From: Nitrospinaceae bacterium
Lineage (GTDB): Bacteria > Nitrospinota > Nitrospinia > Nitrospinales > Nitrospinaceae
DNA: 64,000 nt
Direction of reading: 5' to 3'
NCBI GenBank assembly: GCA_965223665.1
Contig: OZ245011.1
Span: 2,880,001-2,944,000 of the forward strand
The position numbers and the translations under genes were made by a program. Position 1 is the stretch's first letter; the number at the start of each line of letters is the position of its first letter. Of the stretch, positions 1-9,716 are shown in pieces. The notes under the pieces are model-generated. The model saw only the letters and a list, made by a program, of their open reading frames with translations, was not told the origin of the DNA and searched no databases.

Positions 1-241
1 AGTGGTGAAAAAAATAAATTAAATAAATACTATAAAAATTCCCACAAAAATATCTTCAATTGATTATTGCCCCAAAATTGGATCTTAGTCCATCCGGCTA
101 AAATAAAGATACTCCAAGACGCTAGTCCTTAAAAAACAAAATAATTATTGATAACTCCAGCTCAGAGTCACTATATTTTGGCTTGAATTTTATAGTAGGT
201 TCAGTTAACCTTAGCGCTTTTTTACAAGCCCAAAAGGAAAT

Positions 242-1657
242 ATGTTAAAGACCACTTTGATTGGCCATGCATGTCTATGCATTCAATCCAGGGACACCAC
301 CATCCTTACAGATCCAGTTTGGTTTGATTATCTGTGGGAGGAAATTAACGTTCTGTGTCCCAGTATTGATTTGAATAAAAAGAATATACCGCCTGTGGAT
401 ATACTAAATATTTCCCACAGGCATCAGGACCATTTCGATGTTCGGACCCTGGCTTACCTGGCCCAAGACAATGGAATACTAAAGCCGGATGCCACAATAC
501 TGGCCCCCGAGGATCATTTAATATTAGATGTACTTAAAGAATTAGAATTTAAAAATATAAAGGTAGTTAAAGATTTTGAGCCAATCATTATTAAAGATGT
601 GACATTAACTCCCACGCCCTCTCGAAATCGATTAGGAACAGCACAAGATGATTTTCCTGAACATGGACTCTTGGTAAGTGATGGCGAAGTAACCGTATGG
701 AACCAGGTGGATACCATTGTAAACCCAGAAATAATAAGTCAAATCCTACAGATTGCCGGTAAGATTGATTTAGCCCATGCTCGTTTCGTTCCCTTATTGG
801 AAGGAAATTTCTCATATAACAAATCCTTTGCATTACCATTCGACGAATATTGTACGTTTCTGAATGTTGTGAAAGCCGTTGGACCTCGGATGGTAGTCCC
901 TGGATCTGCAGCTTTTCGATTTCGGGACGAATTTAATTTTTTAAATCGTTATTCCTTTCCAACAACTCAGGAACAATTTCTCAAAGATCTTTCGGCATTT
1001 TGTCCAGAAGTTCCTTCAAGCCCATACTTACCTGGTGATGTAGCACATGTTTCCGCTGAAGAGGTTAAAATTGAACAACAAGCATCGAATTTTGTTTGTG
1101 TTAAAGAAGAAGATAGTCATCGAGTAATATTTAAACCGGTCATGGAAGTATCTCCTGTAAAGACTCGAACCATAGATCAAGAACAACATAAAAAAGAAAT
1201 GTCGGAAATTCGTGAATTTATAGAATCCGAGCTACTAGATAGATTGCTCAAAAGTGATATGGCCGGTGGCTGGAAAGATTGGCAAATGGTTTACCAACTT
1301 GAAGTTTTTGGTCAAGACGACTCTGAGTGTTGGAGTATTGATTTTGGTGAATCTGAGCCAAAAATTCATAAAGGAACGTTAGGTAAAATCAATTTATATG
1401 AAGGAATCGCGGCTTCCGAGTTATTTAGTCTGATTCAAAAAACCACTTCATGGGATTTTGTAGCCTTATGTGGAAATTATCGAACATTTAATAATATTTA
1501 TCGCGTGACTAATGGCAATTTTGAATTTTGCGCGGCTGAGAAAACCCACGATTATGCTTTTGAGCCTTTGATGGTAGCTTTCCCCTGGGACTTAGAAATG
1601 GATCGCGAAAAATTTATGCAGGATGTCCGTAAATGGAAAGGGGTTCCTCAGCAATAA
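242..1657 (+). CDS. Metallo-beta-lactamase-fold hydrolase/oxygenase with long C-terminal extension
   Basis: GHAC..., TDPVW, and SHRHQDH (HxHxDH) metal motif; AAGGA RBS just upstream. Confidence 0.75.
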   Translation: MLKTTLIGHACLCIQSRDTTILTDPVWFDYLWEEINVLCPSIDLNKKNIPPVDILNISHRHQDHFDVRTLAYLAQDNGILKPDATILAPEDHLILDVLKELEFKNIKVVKDFEPIIIKDVTLTPTPSRNRLGTAQDDFPEHGLLVSDGEVTVWNQVDTIVNPEIISQILQIAGKIDLAHARFVPLLEGNFSYNKSFALPFDEYCTFLNVVKAVGPRMVVPGSAAFRFRDEFNFLNRYSFPTTQEQFLKDLSAFCPEVPSSPYLPGDVAHVSAEEVKIEQQASNFVCVKEEDSHRVIFKPVMEVSPVKTRTIDQEQHKKEMSEIREFIESELLDRLLKSDMAGGWKDWQMVYQLEVFGQDDSECWSIDFGESEPKIHKGTLGKINLYEGIAASELFSLIQKTTSWDFVALCGNYRTFNNIYRVTNGNFEFCAAEKTHDYAFEPLMVAFPWDLEMDREKFMQDVRKWKGVPQQ

Positions 1658-1691
1658 TCCGATTGATTCAACGGTAATTTCTCAAATCCAA

Positions 1692-2480
1692 TTATTTTCC
1701 AATTAATACACCACGCATGGAAGCACTCCTTCCTACCAAACCCTCAACGGGAAAATTGACGCTTTCTTCTTCCTGTAATGCAATGATATAAATTAAGGGT
1801 AAAAAATGTTCCGGAGTAGGTGAAGATAATCGGGCAATTTTTCCCATAGATTCAAACTCAATTATTTTTAAATGATCTTTATTTAGTAATGCCTGTTTAA
1901 TTTTTTCATCAAATTCAATGGCCCAATCATAAGGTTCATCATTTGGATCAAAGCTCAAAAGGCTTAGATTATGGACAATATTTCCACTTCCCAATATCAA
2001 TACTCCTTCATTCCTTAGAGGTTTTAATTCTTTTCCAATTTGATAATGCTCTTGCGGAGTTATAGTTTTATCTAAGCTTAACTGTAAAACAGGAAAATTT
2101 GCTTCGGGGTACATCCTGACAAGCAATCCCCAAGTCCCATGGTCCAATCCCCATTTCTTGTCTAAACCGATCTCAGTTATTTTAATCATAGATTGAATTT
2201 TTTTTGCCAACTCCGGATTTCCTTTTGCAGGGTAATGAATTTCATACAAAACTTGGGGAAAGTTACTAAAATCATGAATAGTCCGAGGCATTTCCATTGC
2301 TGTAATTAAAGTTCCACGAGTTTCCCAATGAGCAGAGATACACAAGATCGCCTTCGGTTGTGGAAGATTTTTCCCCAAAAGTTCCCAAGCTTTCGAATAC
2401 TTATTATCTTCAATCACATTCATAGGACTTCCATGTCCTAAAAACAATGCCGGCATTTTTCCAGGTAAAATCTCACTCAT
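1692..2480 (-). CDS. ygiD: 4,5-DOPA dioxygenase extradiol (LigB family)
   Basis: MPALFLGHGSPMN, ISAHW, WGLDHGTW, GSGNIVHNL, PTPEHFLPL motifs. Confidence 0.9.
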   Translation of the reverse strand: MSEILPGKMPALFLGHGSPMNVIEDNKYSKAWELLGKNLPQPKAILCISAHWETRGTLITAMEMPRTIHDFSNFPQVLYEIHYPAKGNPELAKKIQSMIKITEIGLDKKWGLDHGTWGLLVRMYPEANFPVLQLSLDKTITPQEHYQIGKELKPLRNEGVLILGSGNIVHNLSLLSFDPNDEPYDWAIEFDEKIKQALLNKDHLKIIEFESMGKIARLSSPTPEHFLPLIYIIALQEEESVNFPVEGLVGRSASMRGVLIGK

Positions 2481-2484
2481 GTTT

Positions 2485-2955
2485 TTATCTTAGACCTTTT
2501 TCCTTTAAAAATTTGGAAACTAACTGATCTACAGAAAGTTTTCCTCCACCGTAAAGTATAAGAACAGTTGCAATTCCAAGAACCAAAATATGGTATTCAA
2601 ATCCCTCTCCCGCTTGTTTACCGGACCAATTCATAAAAAATCCATTATTCCAATGAGCCGTAATCACGGCACCCAACATAATGGCAGCCATCCCTGCTGC
2701 ACTCAGTCTTGTTAAAAATCCCGTAATTAATCCTAAAGCACCAAAAAATTCACCTGCGATAACGAGAAGAGCAATTAGTGTTGGTATTCCCAATTGCTGA
2801 TTGAAAAAACCTAACGTACCGTCCAATCCATGGCCACCAAACCAACCCAACAATTTTTGAGCTCCGTGTGGAAAAATTACAATTCCCAGAGTCACTCTTA
2901 ATATTAGAAAAGAGAGGTTGTTTTCCGTTTGGAACAATTTATAAATGTATCCCAT
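2485..2955 (-). CDS. DoxX family membrane protein
   Basis: LRVTLGIVIFPHGAQKLLGWFGG...GEGFEYH; ATG at 2955 follows GAGGA RBS; 4 bp gap to ygiD. Confidence 0.88.
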   Translation of the reverse strand: MGYIYKLFQTENNLSFLILRVTLGIVIFPHGAQKLLGWFGGHGLDGTLGFFNQQLGIPTLIALLVIAGEFFGALGLITGFLTRLSAAGMAAIMLGAVITAHWNNGFFMNWSGKQAGEGFEYHILVLGIATVLILYGGGKLSVDQLVSKFLKEKGLR

Positions 2956-3086
2956 ATATCTTTTCCTCAAAAATTTTTATTTAAAAAGTCTTCCTTGAAG
3001 GAAAGAACTATTCTTTTTTTAACATTTTTTGTGTTTTAAATTTATACTAATTTTAGGAAACATTGATCGTTTAATTTTTTTTTAAA

Positions 3087-4217
3087 ATGTTAAAGAATCC
3101 GGAACCAACTATTCTAATAATTGACGGGGAACTATTTTTTACCACTCTAGTTCTAAGTTGTTTCTCTCGGATTCCTAATTTAAAGGTTCACGTATTATCC
3201 ACAGACCCAAATACTCCTGCACGACAAAGTGGACTTTCTGCTTCCTTTCATTTATATAACCCTTCCAATGATGAGGAATATATTGAAGCTATTCGCGAAG
3301 TTGCACAAAAAGTAAGTGCCACAGTTCTTTTAGCCGTAAGTCGTCTTGGAATACTTTTCACCATTAGAAATCTTAAAGTCCTTCAACAAATTGCACCGGT
3401 GGCTCCAGTTCCTCCATTAAACTCCTTTGAAACTGCCCAAGATAAAGGTTTATTAGCAGAGTTTCTTATTGAAAACGATTTTCCAATTCCCCCTACTTTG
3501 CAATGTACTTTAGACACAAAATTTTTCAATGAAATTGAGACAATGAAATTTCCTGTTTTATTAAAACCCAATATGGGTGCAAGCGGACAGGGGATAATTG
3601 AATTTAATAATTGTCCTTCATTGGTACAATACTTGGAAAATAATAAAAATATTCTGAAACCTTGTGTCATTCAAAGTAAATTAGTTGGCCAAGATATTGC
3701 CTGTAATGTTCTAGCTAAAGAGGGAAAAATTCTTGCACACACAGTTCAATTAGGAATTTTATCAAATCCTGTTAGGTTCAAACCTCCCAGTGTTGTGGAA
3801 ATGATTCAACACGAACCTGCTTTTGAACTCACACAAACACTTGTATCAAAGCTTAACTGGTCGGGAGTAGCTCAATTTGGTCTTTTTCTATCAGAAGATG
3901 ATGTGAAAGAGCCAGTTAAAATACTTGAAATAAATCCTAGATTTTTTGGGCGATTGCGAGGTTCGCTTATGGCTGGAATAAATTTTCCCTACCTTTCGGC
4001 TTTAACAGCTCTTGGTATACCCTTACCAGCCTCAAATTATAAAAATTGTAAATTTATAGAATTCCAGGACTGGTTAAAGGTTTTAATGTGTTCTCCCCTG
4101 AGAAAAGAAATGGCAAAAATTAATTCTTTAAAAATTGGTTGGAAGTATATTTTGGCCGATCCCAAACCTTTTTTAAATAACGTTCTCAATAAGCTAATTT
4201 CTCTTACAAAAAGATAA
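3087..4217 (+). CDS. ATP-grasp domain protein (carboxylate-amine ligase-like)
   Basis: AQDKG, FPVLLKPNMGASGQG and LEINPRF ATP-grasp motifs. Confidence 0.8.
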   Translation: MLKNPEPTILIIDGELFFTTLVLSCFSRIPNLKVHVLSTDPNTPARQSGLSASFHLYNPSNDEEYIEAIREVAQKVSATVLLAVSRLGILFTIRNLKVLQQIAPVAPVPPLNSFETAQDKGLLAEFLIENDFPIPPTLQCTLDTKFFNEIETMKFPVLLKPNMGASGQGIIEFNNCPSLVQYLENNKNILKPCVIQSKLVGQDIACNVLAKEGKILAHTVQLGILSNPVRFKPPSVVEMIQHEPAFELTQTLVSKLNWSGVAQFGLFLSEDDVKEPVKILEINPRFFGRLRGSLMAGINFPYLSALTALGIPLPASNYKNCKFIEFQDWLKVLMCSPLRKEMAKINSLKIGWKYILADPKPFLNNVLNKLISLTKR

Positions 4218-4260
4218 ACAAAAACCCGATAAAAAAACCTTTTATTCTTATTTTTTTAAA

Positions 4261-4297
4261 AAAAGAGATGCAACTCAATTTTATGAGTTGCATCTAC
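4261..4297. terminator. Intrinsic terminator hairpin between convergent genes
   Basis: AGATGCAACTCA-N6-TGAGTTGCATCT with an A-tract on the left (U-tract for the minus-strand gene). Confidence 0.75.
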
Positions 4298-4329
4298 TGA
4301 AATTCTACCATTTAAACTTTATACAGTAG

Positions 4330-6126
4330 CTACTTGGCAGTCAGTTCAAAGTTTGCACCTGTATTAGCTCCAGCAGTCACCGTAATTTCCTGGCTCATCT
4401 CTCCAACATAAGGATGCCATGCCGTTAACCAATAAGTACCTGCAGGGATTTGGTCGATCTTAAATGTTCCGTCTGCAGCACTTATAGAATAATAAGGATT
4501 CCATACTACTCTTGCATCAGCTTCCATAAAATTATGTTGATCACATTGTAGGAAGAAATGTTTATCCTTCTTTGGTTTAAACCTTTTAAATGATTTTGTG
4601 ACGTCGGTGATATCCCCCTTAGAAGGCAATGGTTTATTGAACAACGTCTTTCGGTTTGCTCCAACCACGGAGTATCCATGTGGGTTGTGCAAAATATTAA
4701 GATCTTGATTGGTAATGGTAAGTAATCCTTCCTTAACACCCTTCGGAGTTTTTCGTACGATAGAAACTTTAGGAAAGATATCACAGGTTTTAAAATCAAA
4801 GTTTTTAGTATCCTTAGACCAAGCCTTACCTTTCTCAATATTTTGTATGAAAACCACTGCATCCTTCAATTTACCATTGGTGGCAATCACTTTAGTCCTT
4901 AATCGTGTATTACCCTTAGCATCTGGATGAGTAGCACAAAATTCAGAATTTTTTCCCTTACTCAAATCTTCCAATATTGGGGCGGGTGGGTCACCTATTA
5001 ATTGAATCATTCCACTGATGGAACCCCCATTATTCACCGCTTCTTCTGAATATTTTTTATTTGGTTTTACATCTTTCGGGAGCTTACTCACCGCATTAGA
5101 AGGAGTAGAAGGTTTAGCAGGCGCCATAGCAGGCGGCGGTTCGGTAGCTGCAGCCATTTTGTTTTCTGGTTTAGGAGTTGGTTCTGCAGTTGCTTTATCT
5201 TCAGAAGTGGAACTTCCCATATAGGTAGACCTAATATATTTGACCACATCCCAAATGTCTTGATCCTTTAACGTTTTTTTATGGGCCACCATTCCAGTAC
5301 CTGGTGATCCATTTTTTATGATCCAAAACATTTGACCCGGGGAAACACTTTCCATAGTTTCTGCGCAGGTAAAGTTTCTGGGTTGAGGTTTTAATGCCGC
5401 ACCCAATTTTCCTTTTCCATCCCCATTGTCTCCATGACACATTTTACAAGCCATGGGTTTTGCAGACTTATTATAAATCTTCTTTCCGTTTTCTAAATTG
5501 GCGCTCGCGGTTTTATCCATATTTGCAATATTAGACGGAGCTCCTTTGGTTTTTCTCTTTTGAGGACATGGACCAGAAGCTTTCACCACTTTGTCAACCG
5601 TATCTTTCTTTGGTTCTGCAGGAGATTGGACTTCTGCTTTAGGATCAATAGATTCAGTAGGAGCCACTGGCTTGGACTCCACCATAGCTTCAGCTTTTTC
5701 TTCTTTCATTGGAGTTTCAGCTTTTTGCTCGATGGGTTCTGGTGGAGAAACGGGTTGGCTTTCAGTGACAATTTCAGTTTTTTCAGGTGCCTCATCCATA
5801 GCAGGTGGTTCAGATGGAGTTGCTTCTACAGATAACTCTTCCTTCTTTACTGAAAACAATAAATCTTTGGTATCTTTATCCAATTTTCCACTGGCAGAAA
5901 TTCCGTTTTCTTCCTGAAATTGTTTTAATGCTCTTTCTGTTTTAGGTCCCCATAGCCCATCTACCGGCCCTGGGTTCAGGCCTTTTTCAATCAAGGATTC
6001 TTGAGCCTTTTTGACCAGGGTATCTGCCAAGGCAGAAACCACCCCAATTTGAAGGATTAAAAAACTAATGACAGTTATAATAAAAATTCTATGACCCAGA
6101 GTAGTTTGAAATCTAGAATTATTCAC
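4330..6126 (-). CDS. Periplasmic fusion: peptidoglycan-binding domain + c-type cytochrome + cupredoxin-like/carboxypeptidase-regulatory-like domain
   Basis: Signal peptide; PGPVDGLWGPKTERALKQFQ (PG_binding_1); CKMCH haem motif with distal GTGM; HNPH...CDQHNFM; Pro/Glu-rich linkers. Confidence 0.75.
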   Translation of the reverse strand: MNNSRFQTTLGHRIFIITVISFLILQIGVVSALADTLVKKAQESLIEKGLNPGPVDGLWGPKTERALKQFQEENGISASGKLDKDTKDLLFSVKKEELSVEATPSEPPAMDEAPEKTEIVTESQPVSPPEPIEQKAETPMKEEKAEAMVESKPVAPTESIDPKAEVQSPAEPKKDTVDKVVKASGPCPQKRKTKGAPSNIANMDKTASANLENGKKIYNKSAKPMACKMCHGDNGDGKGKLGAALKPQPRNFTCAETMESVSPGQMFWIIKNGSPGTGMVAHKKTLKDQDIWDVVKYIRSTYMGSSTSEDKATAEPTPKPENKMAAATEPPPAMAPAKPSTPSNAVSKLPKDVKPNKKYSEEAVNNGGSISGMIQLIGDPPAPILEDLSKGKNSEFCATHPDAKGNTRLRTKVIATNGKLKDAVVFIQNIEKGKAWSKDTKNFDFKTCDIFPKVSIVRKTPKGVKEGLLTITNQDLNILHNPHGYSVVGANRKTLFNKPLPSKGDITDVTKSFKRFKPKKDKHFFLQCDQHNFMEADARVVWNPYYSISAADGTFKIDQIPAGTYWLTAWHPYVGEMSQEITVTAGANTGANFELTAK

Positions 6127-6226
6127 TTTTCCTCCTTACAATTTGATTTGATCCAAAAAGGCTCTAATAAACTATTCTAAAAATAAATTGATTGAATTTA
6201 AAATATTTCTGACCTGACAATACTTT

Positions 6227-6511
6227 TTACTTAAAGAATAATTTTTTTACTAAACCAATTATTGCCATCAAAGCTCCGCCTCCAACACCCCCACTTGCTA
6301 AACTACCAATAATACCTTCTAAACTCGCACCGCCGCTTGCAACACCAATTCCTAACATCCCTAAAAGTTGGCCACCTAAACCGCCACCTAAAATTCCTGC
6401 AATAGAATTTCCCACCGTTCCAAGCGAAAGGTTTTTTAATAAAGATCCCGCAACATTTCCACCTACAGCACCACTTACTAATTGAATAATTAAGGGTATT
6501 AAGTTTTCCAT
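6227..6511 (-). CDS. Small glycine-rich membrane protein
   Basis: Repeated GxxGG hydrophobic helices; AGGAGG RBS. Confidence 0.8.
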   Translation of the reverse strand: MENLIPLIIQLVSGAVGGNVAGSLLKNLSLGTVGNSIAGILGGGLGGQLLGMLGIGVASGGASLEGIIGSLASGGVGGGALMAIIGLVKKLFFK

Positions 6512-6807
6512 ATTTTCCTCCTAGTTGATTCCCAACTAATTGAGTTGATAGAGACAATTTTAAATACCTTATTTAAACCCTGGGGTGTCTATACCTAATA
6601 CCTATTAAAAGTTCTGCCTCCCTTTTCTTAAATTATTGTAGTTTTATGTAGTTATAGGCTTTTAAGACCATAGAACAAAAAAAGTTACTATTTTTTGATT
6701 GATTAATAATACCTAAAAGGGTTACCTTATGGAACCTTTTTAATATTAATTTATTTTAATTATCACCATAACAGGTTATATGCTTTTCTTTGTTGAAGGG
6801 AGGGAAT

Positions 6808-7011
6808 ATGTCTATCACCAGAGTAACTGAAGTCAGTTCTTCATCCACCAAAAGCTTTGAAGATGCAATTGAGTCTGGGATTGAAAGAGCTAATAAAACA
6901 ATAAGAAATGTAAAGGGCGCCTGGATTAACGATCAAAAAGTTGTTGTGGACAATGGAAAAATTACTGAGTATCGCGTCAATATGAAAATAAGTTTTATTT
7001 TAGAGGAGTAA
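6808..7011 (+). CDS. Dodecin family protein
   Basis: SSTKSFEDAIESGIERANKTIRNVKGAW...EYRVNMKISF; GGGAGGG RBS before ATG 6808. Confidence 0.9.
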   Translation: MSITRVTEVSSSSTKSFEDAIESGIERANKTIRNVKGAWINDQKVVVDNGKITEYRVNMKISFILEE

Positions 7012-7052
7012 TTTTAATTTCTAATTAAATTTTTATTAGGAGGTCATAGGTT

Positions 7053-7478
7053 ATGGGTTTTTTTGATTTTGTAGCTTCCATTGGAAATAAACTTTTTAAT
7101 CGAACCGAAGACGCAGCAGATAAAATTAAAGAACATATTGAAGAACAAAACCCTGGTATTAAAGATTTAAACGTTGAATTCGAAGAAGGAGTCGTTAAAT
7201 TATCCGGGATTAGTGATACTGCAGAAGCTGCGGAAAAAGCTGTGCTCATGGCCGGTAATGTTAACGGGGTCACAAAAGTAATATCTGAAATTAAAGCTCC
7301 TCCGCCAACCGAAAAAGTAGAGTTTTATGTCATAGTCAGTGGAGACACTCTCAGTGGAATTGCTAAAAAGTTTTATGGAAACGCAAGTATGTATCCTAAA
7401 ATTTTCGAAGCTAACCGAGAGGTTATAAAAGATCCTAATAAAATTTTTGTTGGTCAAAAAATTCGTATACCTCAATAA
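7053..7478 (+). CDS. BON + LysM protein (Kbp/YgaU-like potassium-binding protein)
   Basis: MGFFDFV..IGNKLF N-terminus, BON segment GNVNGV, LysM SGDTLSGIAKKFYG...IFEAN...GQKIRIP. Confidence 0.88.
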   Translation: MGFFDFVASIGNKLFNRTEDAADKIKEHIEEQNPGIKDLNVEFEEGVVKLSGISDTAEAAEKAVLMAGNVNGVTKVISEIKAPPPTEKVEFYVIVSGDTLSGIAKKFYGNASMYPKIFEANREVIKDPNKIFVGQKIRIPQ

Positions 7479-7480
7479 AT

Positions 7481-7519
7481 AAAAGGGACAGTGAAGCTCT
7501 CATAGTTTCTCTGTCCCTC
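7481..7519. terminator. Probable terminator hairpin
   Basis: AGGGACAG...CTGTCCCT inverted repeat between convergent genes. Confidence 0.5.
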
Positions 7520-7591
7520 AGTAATTCCCCTCCAAAATTCCTTTATTATTTTCTTAACTAAATTTTAAGTAACCTTCCTGTGAAAAGGAAT

Positions 7592-9061
7592 TTAAAAAGA
7601 AAAAGCAATGGATATATACGAATATAATGTGTTCCCCAACCTTGGTGCCAAAGGAGCCATTTTTTGAAAATCACCATCTATTCGATAAACTGTACCTCCT
7701 TCCAGTTGGGCATTGCCCATTATTTGCCATCTTCCCCGGATAAAAATTTGGTGGCCAAGAAATGAACCTGAGTTACCTGTTGAATCTTGCAAACCAGAAT
7801 TTCCAGACCATAAATCGGTTTTGGACGCGAGCCAAAAAACACGGTAATGGAAATATGCAGTCAATTGTGAAATAGGTTTAACGGTAAACTTAATACCCGG
7901 ACCGTGAATGTTGGACCGAATAAATGCCTGATGGATACTGGTAGGCCCAAAGTCGAAAACTGAGGCTCCAAAAAGAGTATCGAACTTTCCATTTTTTTTA
8001 TCGTTCGGATTGCTATCTCCACTGGCATAATCATAAGCTAAAATTAGTCGAGGCGACCATTTACAATGGAAGCTAAACCCAATTTCTAAATGATGAAAAT
8101 GAGCGAAATGATTTAGATCCAGAGTATCAATTTTAGAGTTGGTGGCACGGGATTTTCCGAATTGGAGAATCGACTCCCATTCATAATCCAACTGACCTTT
8201 TTGTTTTGGGTGGTAAATGCGAAAACCTGATGAATACAGTTTACGATTAGGGGTAGCCACATATTGGCTATCATCTTCATGGTAACCAATTAAATAGATC
8301 TCACCCTTGTGATTGAAAGGGAGATTGGAGGAAGAAATAAATAAGCCCCATAAAATTCGATCAAAACTTTCACTGTCAAAAGATACATCATTATTTAATA
8401 AACGGTTTTGAGAATGGGGTTTACGGTTCACCGGTAAAGTAATAAAAATGCGAAATTGATTTCCACTTTTTGACTGCCAAATTCCATCTAACCCTGTAAA
8501 AGCGTTTTTGGTATTTCGAAATCGATTCCGGGCAACCAAGCGTCGCTTTCCAACATCCATTGTTAAACGCCCACCTCTTAAAAAACTGTGGCTACCGATC
8601 TGAAAGAGATCATTTGAATACAACTGAAGATTAGCTTCCAAAAGTTCTACCGAATTTACAATTGAAGTGTTAATAGGCGTTCCAGAATCTGCTAATTCTG
8701 CCCTCGAATCCTGAAACTCTAATTGAATTCTGAATATTGAATTGAGATGTAACGTGGCTTGAATTAACGTCCGCAAGGATAAAACTTGATCACTTCCTCT
8801 GGCGCCTGATCGGAAAGGGTGAATCAAAGTTTCATAGCGAGTTCGATTTTGAAGAGAAAGTGACAACCAACTTGGTAGAAATCCATTTTTATTTAAAGTA
8901 AAAAGAGGTTCTAAAGGACCTAAAACCTTATCTTCAAAAATGTAAGGTTTTGGAAAATTATTTAAACTGGAATTTAGGGAGTTTTTAGCCCAACAACAGG
9001 AGGAGAACCAAAATAAAAATATTAAACACCACCCACTAAATTTTTTAAATCGCTTAACCAT
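7592..9061 (-). CDS. Alginate export family outer-membrane beta-barrel porin
   Basis: Signal peptide, RTRYE, QDSRA, GRLTMDVGKRRLVARNRFRNT, YDYASGD, C-terminal Phe. Confidence 0.8.
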   Translation of the reverse strand: MVKRFKKFSGWCLIFLFWFSSCCWAKNSLNSSLNNFPKPYIFEDKVLGPLEPLFTLNKNGFLPSWLSLSLQNRTRYETLIHPFRSGARGSDQVLSLRTLIQATLHLNSIFRIQLEFQDSRAELADSGTPINTSIVNSVELLEANLQLYSNDLFQIGSHSFLRGGRLTMDVGKRRLVARNRFRNTKNAFTGLDGIWQSKSGNQFRIFITLPVNRKPHSQNRLLNNDVSFDSESFDRILWGLFISSSNLPFNHKGEIYLIGYHEDDSQYVATPNRKLYSSGFRIYHPKQKGQLDYEWESILQFGKSRATNSKIDTLDLNHFAHFHHLEIGFSFHCKWSPRLILAYDYASGDSNPNDKKNGKFDTLFGASVFDFGPTSIHQAFIRSNIHGPGIKFTVKPISQLTAYFHYRVFWLASKTDLWSGNSGLQDSTGNSGSFLGHQIFIRGRWQIMGNAQLEGGTVYRIDGDFQKMAPLAPRLGNTLYSYISIAFSF

Positions 9062-9074
9062 CAATTCTAAATAT

Positions 9075-9132
9075 AGCGTTATATAAATAGGTATATTTCG
9101 AAAATTCGTTATATATTATTATATATAACGAT
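9075..9132. promoter_or_regulatory. Two tandem ModE-type operator boxes overlapping the porin promoter
   Basis: AGCGTTATATA-N6-TATATTTCGAA (9075-9102) and TTCGTTATATA-N6-TATATAACGAT (9105-9132); TTGACT (9140-9135)-N16-TAATAT on the minus strand. Confidence 0.75.
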
Positions 9133-9191
9133 AAAGTCAAACATTTTTAGACTTATAAAAAAATAATTAAGAATAAAAGATTTTATACAAT

Positions 9192-9410
9192 TTATTTAGG
9201 TAATTTAGAATTTTTGGGTTTTTTATGCGTATCGGCAAAAAAAACAATTACCGCAAGGATTAAAATCAAGGCCAGGATTAGCCAAGATTGAGTATTTTCT
9301 TTCCGAACTTCAAGAATATCATAGGTAAGAGTTCCATCAATTAGCAGGGCCAGAAATATGATAATTAATAATATAAGAAACTTTTTCAAAGTATAAACCT
9401 TACCAATCAA
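9192..9410 (-). CDS. Small two-helix membrane protein, hypothetical
   Basis: Two hydrophobic segments and a basic tail; GAGG upstream of a TTG start. Confidence 0.5.
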   Translation of the reverse strand: MIGKVYTLKKFLILLIIIFLALLIDGTLTYDILEVRKENTQSWLILALILILAVIVFFADTHKKPKNSKLPK

Positions 9411-9716
9411 TACCTCTATTACTAAAATTGTCTACGGCAATTTACCCAAGGCCCTAATTAATGGGGTTTTTTAAGGAAGTTTTCAATTATGTAAATCAAA
9501 AAACCTTCAATTTGGCTTAAATAAAAAATTCCTGAATTAAAAAACTTTTTATTACTAATATATATTTGGTGTGTGAATAGCTTACATATATAATAGCTTT
9601 GTTTTTCACTTGTTGAATTTTAACAAGTTATTGGAAAGTCGCAATGTTGAATTAACCACCCTGATCAAATCTGAAAATTTGGATTTATTAGCAATATATT
9701 AAAAAATAAATACTTT

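Noticed and set aside
5560-5917. Antisense/overlapping ORFs in the ORF track (e.g. 5560-5835, 5591-5917, 23747-24214, 27756-28058, 58466-58822)
   Set aside because: Shadow frames of well-supported genes with no recognisable motifs or RBS
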